A stretch of 64,000 nt of DNA, from positions 19,282,001 through 19,346,000 of the forward strand of contig JBHGNT010000003.1 in NCBI GenBank assembly GCA_043228905.1, read 5' to 3'. Shown here in pieces: positions 57,161 to 64,000 of the stretch. The notes beneath the pieces are model-generated. The model did not search any database. It saw nothing but the letters and a program-made list of their open reading frames with translations, and was not told the DNA's origin. Position 1 is the first letter of the stretch. Each line of letters starts with the position of its first letter. Position numbers and translations under genes: made by a program. The stretch comes from Azolla caroliniana. Taxonomy: Eukaryota > Plantae > Polypodiophyta.

Positions 57161-60100
57161 ATGGAATCAAAAGAAACGAAAGAAGAGCCTCGCTATGGAA
57201 CCACTCTTGAACACACAGAGCAGATGATCGACCATTCTCTAGAAAACAGTAAGAGAAAATCTAATCCATTCTTCTGTTATTTTTGTTTCTCTATTCAATT
57301 CCCGGAAAACAGTATTTTGTATTTCCATATCGTAATCTTGAGCGACTCTGTTTTGTAAAGTCGCCTAAGTTTCCATGGCGTTTGATTCTGAAGTTCTCTT
57401 CGTTTTTTTTCCCGGTAGTAACAGTCATTTGTTTCCCTTCCCCTTGCTTTTGATTTCTGAAGTTTTATGTTTTTTATGTATAGAAAGAAACATTTTTGTC
57501 TGCATTTTTTATTTGAAGGTCTTTGTTTTTTTAAGAAGCTCATTTTGTATAAATAGAAAGCAATTGTGTATTGCATATGATTTTTTGTTGACCTTCTAGG
57601 CTTGGGACATTTATGTGCTCTGTTTTTGTATAGACAGAACAATTGTCTTTCGAAAGGAAAAAATTCTATTTAATTACTTTACGATCTCATTTTTATGGAT
57701 GATTGGATGGAATATGGTCATGTATATCTTATAATTGGGCGAAATCATGATTTTAATGGAGATATGCATGAAAACACAGTTTTTTTTACATATATGCTGT
57801 GTGTTCCTTGTTTTTATATAGCTGTTCCAATGTATCTTATACTCCAACTAGGATTTTAGTTGAATTGAAGACAGATGCAACAATTTTTTTTTAAAGAGAA
57901 CAGTGTTTTCAAGCTAACCTCAAGTAAAAGTAATGATTTTTGAGTGAAAATAGTGTTGTTTGTGATTTAATCTGTTGTATATATTTTGTGTTCTGGTTAG
58001 AATTTAGCTTGAAGTATAGGGTTTGTTTAGTCCAGCATTTGGGAATAGTTTTCTTTAATTAACCATCGGAGTTCCCTTCTCATGCATGAAATATAGGAAA
58101 TGATGAAAAAATACCACAAATATAATAGGAACTTTGATTTTCACACTACTGTCAAAGTTTTCCACCCTTTCTGAACACTCACAACTTTCAAGTTCAAAAA
58201 TTGGATCCAGGTTTTGGCATCTTTCATCTGTATACTGTTCATGCCACAAATTCAACTTCAAAAACATTGGTGTAATGTAGCTCTTTTATCAAGCTTCAAC
58301 ATTGTGTCCGTGAAAACATAATCTATTGTATGTTGTCTTTCATTCATGCTAGAATTTTAACTCGAAAGCTAGGGTTCATTGTAGCTCTTTTATTGAGCTT
58401 GAAAGTTAGGAGGTTCTAACAATCCCTCTGCCTCAAGTTAATGGTTAAAAGGAATAGGTCTGGACTTTTTGCCTATATGGAAGATGATGTTTTGTCAGTC
58501 TTAACCCATAAGGTGATTAGAGCTCATTGTCTTGAGTGAGACTTCTATATAAATTGTATTGCATCTTTTACATTAGCAAATTTCTACTGTTATATAAGCT
58601 TGCATGCCGTATTATTTAAAATATTGTTCTATTACCTTTCTTCTCATTCTCTTGCTGAACGTGTAACAGATACAAAGGTTAAATTCATGAGGGAATCACT
58701 TGAGAAGGCGGGATGTCCAGTAGGGCGGAAATTTTTCAAGGCAAAGGTCTGTGGCCGGGCTACTGCTGGAGGCTATGATGGTGGTGGAGGGGTATGTACT
58801 TTCCATCTCTAAGAAGATTTGTTTTTTGTTTATAACAATGTGAAATATATGTCTAGAGATGGTATTATTTTGATGTACTTGATTGATGTATCTTCAAGAT
58901 GTACCTCATTGCGTAGAAATGCAAAGAAATGATTGCATCGCGGAGAAGTAAAAAGTTTGGATTGAACATGTTTGTTTGATCTTTTATGATCTTTCTTGTT
59001 GCTTTGGTTGGCAAGATGTGATAGAACTCCATTCATTCTTCCTCTTATGACTACAAATTTTCGATTGGTCGCCAATGATGTGGGATGGCAGAACTTAGTG
59101 TTACTGCTATGCATGATTTAGTTGATCTTGCACTTCTGGACCTAGGCATTCAAGAGATGGGAATTTCTTTTGTGCTTTAACAATTAATCTCTTGCTTTAT
59201 AGGAATAAAGTGTGTCTAGTGCATGTCTATATATGTATGTACATACATACGGATGGGTATATCTATGCGTATGTAATCCTGACATGAATGTGTCAATAAG
59301 TACATAAATGCACACATGTATCCATAATTAAATACATGCACAGACGCATATCATGGTTTTAGAAGGCCGTCTTTTGGTTGAGCACTAGTTCAAATTCATT
59401 CCATCTGTATCAATACCCACAAAGTTGGAACTTTCATTTACAATGACCTCTTCACAGAAATGGATCTTTAGAATTTAAGATACTTGTTAAAAACATATAG
59501 ATTTTCTGAGATAATGTTTTTAGTATTCTTGTGCAAGGTTTGATATGTGCAATACATACCAGAGAAATAGGATTGAATTGTAGATTGGCACATGATTGTT
59601 AATGTTAAACTATCAAGTAAAGGATAAAGGGACATTTTAATGACTTGTTTATGGAAAATGTTTTTGCCGATATTGTTTGTGGCTTGTGTGTTCATCATCA
59701 AATTTGCACCCATTCACAAATGGTTTTACATGATGGAAACTACTGTTTTTTATGTATCATATCTCTACTCTAGAACTGTGTTTTATTGTATTTGATCCTT
59801 GGTTTTCTGTGCAATAGATTACAGTCTGCAGCGATTCTGTTTTATTCCAAGATGAAGTTGATCAAACTATAATCCATGAACTCATTCATGCTTATGATCA
59901 GTGCACAGCAGCTAATTTAGATTGGACTAATTGTGCTCACCATGCTTGCAGTGAGGTAAAAGCTGAGTCTCTTTTATTCAAGAAATCTCATGGTCCGCAA
60001 TTTCCCTTTTCATATACTACTTTTATCTTATCATTGCAGAAAAGATTAGCATTTTATACAAATTCCCAATCTTTTTTTTATGTGTCTCTTGTAGATCGAA

Positions 60101-62398
60101 TGTGTGCTCATAGATATAATATTCAATGATGTGCATATTACGTCATTTATAATTATAGATGCTATCAACCACAGACATCTAGAGGGTTGATATATTTATA
60201 CAAATTTCCGTGCTAGGAACATATCACTCTTTGCTCCATAACAATCATAAATTTAATCCCAGTTACTGAGAGTATTGAAAGTGAACAATAAATCTCCATA
60301 GACGCAGTGACCTGAAAATTGTAGTTGGATCCTTCAAGCTACACAATGAAATCATAACTCTGATACTGCAGATTCCTGTGCCCACAAGAAGAAGAATAAC
60401 TTGCAAGTAAGATGGTAGAGTTGTTTGACTGACATAGCAATGCTAAATTTCTAAGGTCCATGTTACCAACTTGGCTATGCACATTGAAGTAAAGTAAACG
60501 AAATGAAATATGTAGATCCATTGCCTAGGAAAGCTAATCTCTGCATGGTCATAGGACTTCTCAAAGTCCAAAGATCTCTAATGATTCATAGATAATCTAA
60601 TGCTCATAGTTTTTGTTAGATGTTAGGAGCTATGTCAAGCAGAATAGTAAGTGATCACTTGGCAATGTCCAATCTATTGCTGCTCCCGTTAGGGGTATGT
60701 TGAATAAGGTAATCTTTGAGCAGAATAGTAAGTGATCACTAGGCAATGTCCAATCTATTGCTGCTCCCCTTAGGGGTATGTCGAATAAGGTAATCTTTGA
60801 GCCTCATGCATGATTTTGCTACCCATGGTATTTGTGAAGAAGTAGCAAGGGTACTAACCATATATCTGATATCCTCAGAGCAGGATAGATAGATATTTTT
60901 TTAATGTCTACCTGAGACCAATTGGAATATACAGGGACATCTTCCCTAGATGCTTGCTTATAGTTAAAGCTCAAAGAACCTCATAGATTATATATTTCGT
61001 GATGGACTAAGAAGGTTTGAACAATCTTTGCTACCTCATAATGGCCCTCAACTGTCGGGCCTCCAAACCCTCTTAAATATCTAGGCCTTTTGTCTAGAAG
61101 TAATGTATGGTGGTTCTATGATCTATCATCAGATTGAAACCACCAGGTTGACTTCACAGATGATTTTTATTCCTCTCCAATCTCTTGACCAGTGAAACGA
61201 AATTCAGGATGTGAGGGATCCCCTATAAACAAGGCTTTCTAGGAATTTTAATCAGGTTGACCTCGAATACTAACACTCACAGATGATTTTGATTTCTCTC
61301 CAATCTCTTGACTAGTGAAGCAAAGCCCAGGGTGTGAGTGATCCCCCTATCAACAAGGCTTTCTAGGAATGTTAATCACACAAAGTACTTGACTACAGTT
61401 ACTGCCTGGTGGCTCTGCTATAGGATGTGCTATGGAAGATACACAACCTCCTTTAAATCTGCCCCAAGGAAGTACCATGGCTTTCTTTTCCAAATGCTGG
61501 TTTCTTCTATAGGTTATAATCTCTGGAAAGGTGTGATTAGTCTCTTCAGAGCTGGATCAAGGTCAATGGCTGCATGTCCTCTTGTCGAAGGTTCTCAGCT
61601 GTTTTTCTATTTGATCCTAAAAGTGTTCAGCGTTCAAATGTTGAGCCTTGTCAATTACATGATTTGATTGAAGCACAAATATATAAGTCGGTGGAAAGGA
61701 TAAAGCCAGTCATACCTCCTGGGTTCCAATTTCCAAAACCTGCTCGTTTACACTAGAAAGAACCTCTAGCACTGACAGGTCTATCAGCTTCCAAAAAAGG
61801 GAGTAATGTAGGAAATGGCCAGTAGCCAAATTCAGAGAGTACGAATGATTTGCTTCTCTGATGTGAAAGATAAACCTTGTCGTGAGACTGCATTTTCTAG
61901 GAGCCAGGACATTGCCTGAATCCAAACTCTGATGTACATGCAGGAAATTTGCCAGCTGCCAAACTCAGGACTAAGCAAATGATTTCTTTCTCGATGTGAA
62001 AGATAAACCTCGTCATGAGAATGTTCATATCCTAGGATTCAGGACATTCCTGAGAACCAAACTCAAGGGTATATGAGGGATTCTCTAATGTGAAATTGTA
62101 TTTCTTCTCCTTGAAATTGCGATTCATCTGTGTACATTCTTTGAAACATTATACCTTTATAGATCAAATTTTGCATTGACAGAATCACAGGTGAACACAT
62201 AAGGACACTAGAACAAAGAGGAATATTAATGTTTGATATCTATATATGATTTGCATAAGAAATCCATTAAAGGTTCAAAATATTTAAGAAGTTGTAACTT
62301 GGCATGTTGTGCAGATCCGAGCTGGAAATCTTAGCGGAGATTGCCACTTTAAGAGAGAGATGTTGAGGGGTTATTTTGATATTTGTAAACATCATCAG
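57161..62398 (+). CDS. ATP23: Mitochondrial inner membrane protease ATP23 (peptidase M76), exons 1-4 (57161-57248, 58670-58791, 59818-59955, 62315-62398); 3' end not in window
   Basis: VKFMRESLEKAGC, AGGY, QDEVDQTIIHELIHAYD (HExxH), LDWTNCAHHACSE|IRAGNLSGDC. GT-AG junctions keep the frame. Confidence 0.93.
60638..60802. repeat. 2 x 81-bp tandem duplication in ATP23 intron 3
   Basis: AGCAGAATAGTAAGTGATCAC at 60638 and 60719. Confidence 0.88.
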
Positions 62399-62495
62399 GT
62401 AGGTCATGCTTGTGCTGATATAGATTTTATCTTTGTTTCGGAGTTTTATTTTTTGTACATAAATATCTAAATTTCACTTTCTATATTCTATATGG

Positions 62496-63020
62496 TGTTA
62501 GAAATGCTAACAATGAATTCATATTGGCACTTGTTACGGATAGTTCCAAAGAACTTCCAGAGGGCTGTAATGCTCCAATCAAACTACCAATTTCACTTAT
62601 CTCACCACTGTTGGAGGGTGGCAGCCCCAGACCTGCACTCTCTTTCATCTTTAATATCTCTCTTCCTAGATTATTCTCTCTCTAGAATCAGCAACTCTTT
62701 AAATGCCTTCTTTCTAGAATCTGCATCGCTTTAAATGCCTTCTCTCTCTTCCACTTTTTCCAAGATATTCCCTCTTATTCCTAGTTTATTGTACCTGTTT
62801 GGTAGTACAAGACTCACATAATTACCAAACAACCATTTCACCCACGTTCCCCAATTTTGTATAAATAGGCTATACCAGCCTCTTTTGTAAAGATTTTATT
62901 TTTGCTGCTACTTCAAAAGAAGCTGCACTCTTTGGCTGCGTCTCTACTCTTTGCAACCATTTTTGCTATTGCTGTCTAACAGCCTTCTCACAGCTTGGCT
63001 GTGTCTATTTTGTTCTAACA
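62496..63020 (+). mobile_element. LTR (525 bp) in ATP23 intron 4
   Basis: TGTTAGAA...TTCTAACA inverted ends and TATAAATAGG at ~62861; flanks TATGG and ATTGT are not a TSD. Confidence 0.75.
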
Positions 63021-63034
63021 ATTGTTCCGCTGCT

Positions 63035-64000
63035 GTGACTTGACATCCATTTGAAAGATGGGCCATTTGTTATGAGCAGCAAGTGCAAGCGCACATCGAA
63101 TAGAGGTGTACCTTGCTGTTGGAGCAAAAGTTTCCTCGTAATCCACTCCTTCCACTTGTGAATAGCCTTAGGCAACTAGGCGTACCTTATGCTTATCCAA
63201 AATACCATCAACATGGTACTTGGTCTTGAAAATCCATTTCAATCCAATGACTTGCATATGTTGAGGCCGAGGGACCACCTCCCATGTATGATTCCGCTCA
63301 ATGGAATTAAGTTCAACTTCCATTGCTGCTTTCCACTTCAGAAGAAGAAGGGCCTCTTTTGCTGTTGTGGGTTCTTGTGATTGCACAACGGTGCTCAGTA
63401 AGGCAAAGTTGCACGAGTGAAGAGGACGTTGTGACCTACGTGTTCTTTTCATGTTGGTTGGAGAACCAAATGTATACTCATCAAGTTCAGCATCAGAGAG
63501 ATGGGAATCACGAATGGCGGCTGGAAGCCACTTGGGAAGTGGTGGAAGCTGGTGTGTAGAAAGAAAGAAAGAAAGAAAGATATATTAACGTCTTTTAAGA
63601 GGCCAAAATGGCCTGATTGGAGTTGAGGGAGAGGTTAGAATTGTTGGCGAATTTAGAGGTTGAGTACGAGGAGATGGGGGGCTTGAAGGTGAGACATCTT
63701 CGTCTGAAATAGGAGATTCCTAAGCAGCTGGGATTTCAACCGTGAACTAAGGTGAAAGCTTAGAGTCATCCAACTTAGACTCCACAAAATGAACATCCCT
63801 AGAGATGACGAGGGACTTTGATTCTAAATCCCATAACCTGTAGGCTTTAGATTGTGTGCTGTAACCAAGAAACTTGCATTTCTTGGTTTTGGACTCAAAT
63901 TTAGTACTTTTATGATTTGAAATGTGAACATACGAATCAGAACCAAAGACTTTAAAATGAACAACTCAGGGCATTTACACCTGTAAATGCTTCTACAGGG
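63035..64000 (-). mobile_element. Decayed Ty1/copia pol fragment (integrase C-terminus to RT N-terminus), running off the window end
   Basis: [65 protein letters not shown]; truncated after MDVKS. Confidence 0.88.

Noticed and set aside
61338-61925. Nested gene or LINE ORF in ATP23 intron 3
   Set aside because: Frames are interrupted and no diagnostic RT or endonuclease motif could be identified.

Overview
Eukaryotic land-plant nuclear DNA. It is probably from a non-seed plant such as a fern or lycophyte, inferred from Tcn1-like chromoviruses; this is not proven. 1-14.6 kb is a four-level nest of decayed LTR retrotransposons: Ty3/gypsy chromovirus A (+) is split by chromovirus B (-); B's 5' LTR holds a full-length Ty1/copia (TSD AGAAG); and that copia holds a solo LTR (TSD AGTTC). 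Then come a 2-exon plastid-targeted protein gene (15.3-18.6 kb), two copia 3' halves fused back-to-back (20.9-25.7 kb), a hAT MITE family (26.3 and 56.6 kb), a small Ser-rich CxCxPTTHxGSFRCxxH gene (33.3 kb), a 6-exon ~945-aa orphan gene with a C-terminal membrane anchor (36.6-40.4 kb, -), an intact 20-exon V-ATPase subunit A gene (43.4-51.1 kb, -), and the first four exons of ATP23 (57.2-62.4 kb), with an LTR and copia fragment in intron 4. The most unusual signals are: (1) a ~920-bp element whose long inverted arms each carry two convergent tRNA-like (Pol III A/B box) cassettes; (2) the orphan protein with AWGK repeats; (3) a Tf1-style self-priming signature and a heat-shock-element array in chromovirus B's LTR; (4) duplicated PPTs in the copia elements; (5) a tandemly amplified 3' splice site. 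All alignments were done by eye and no database searches were run.
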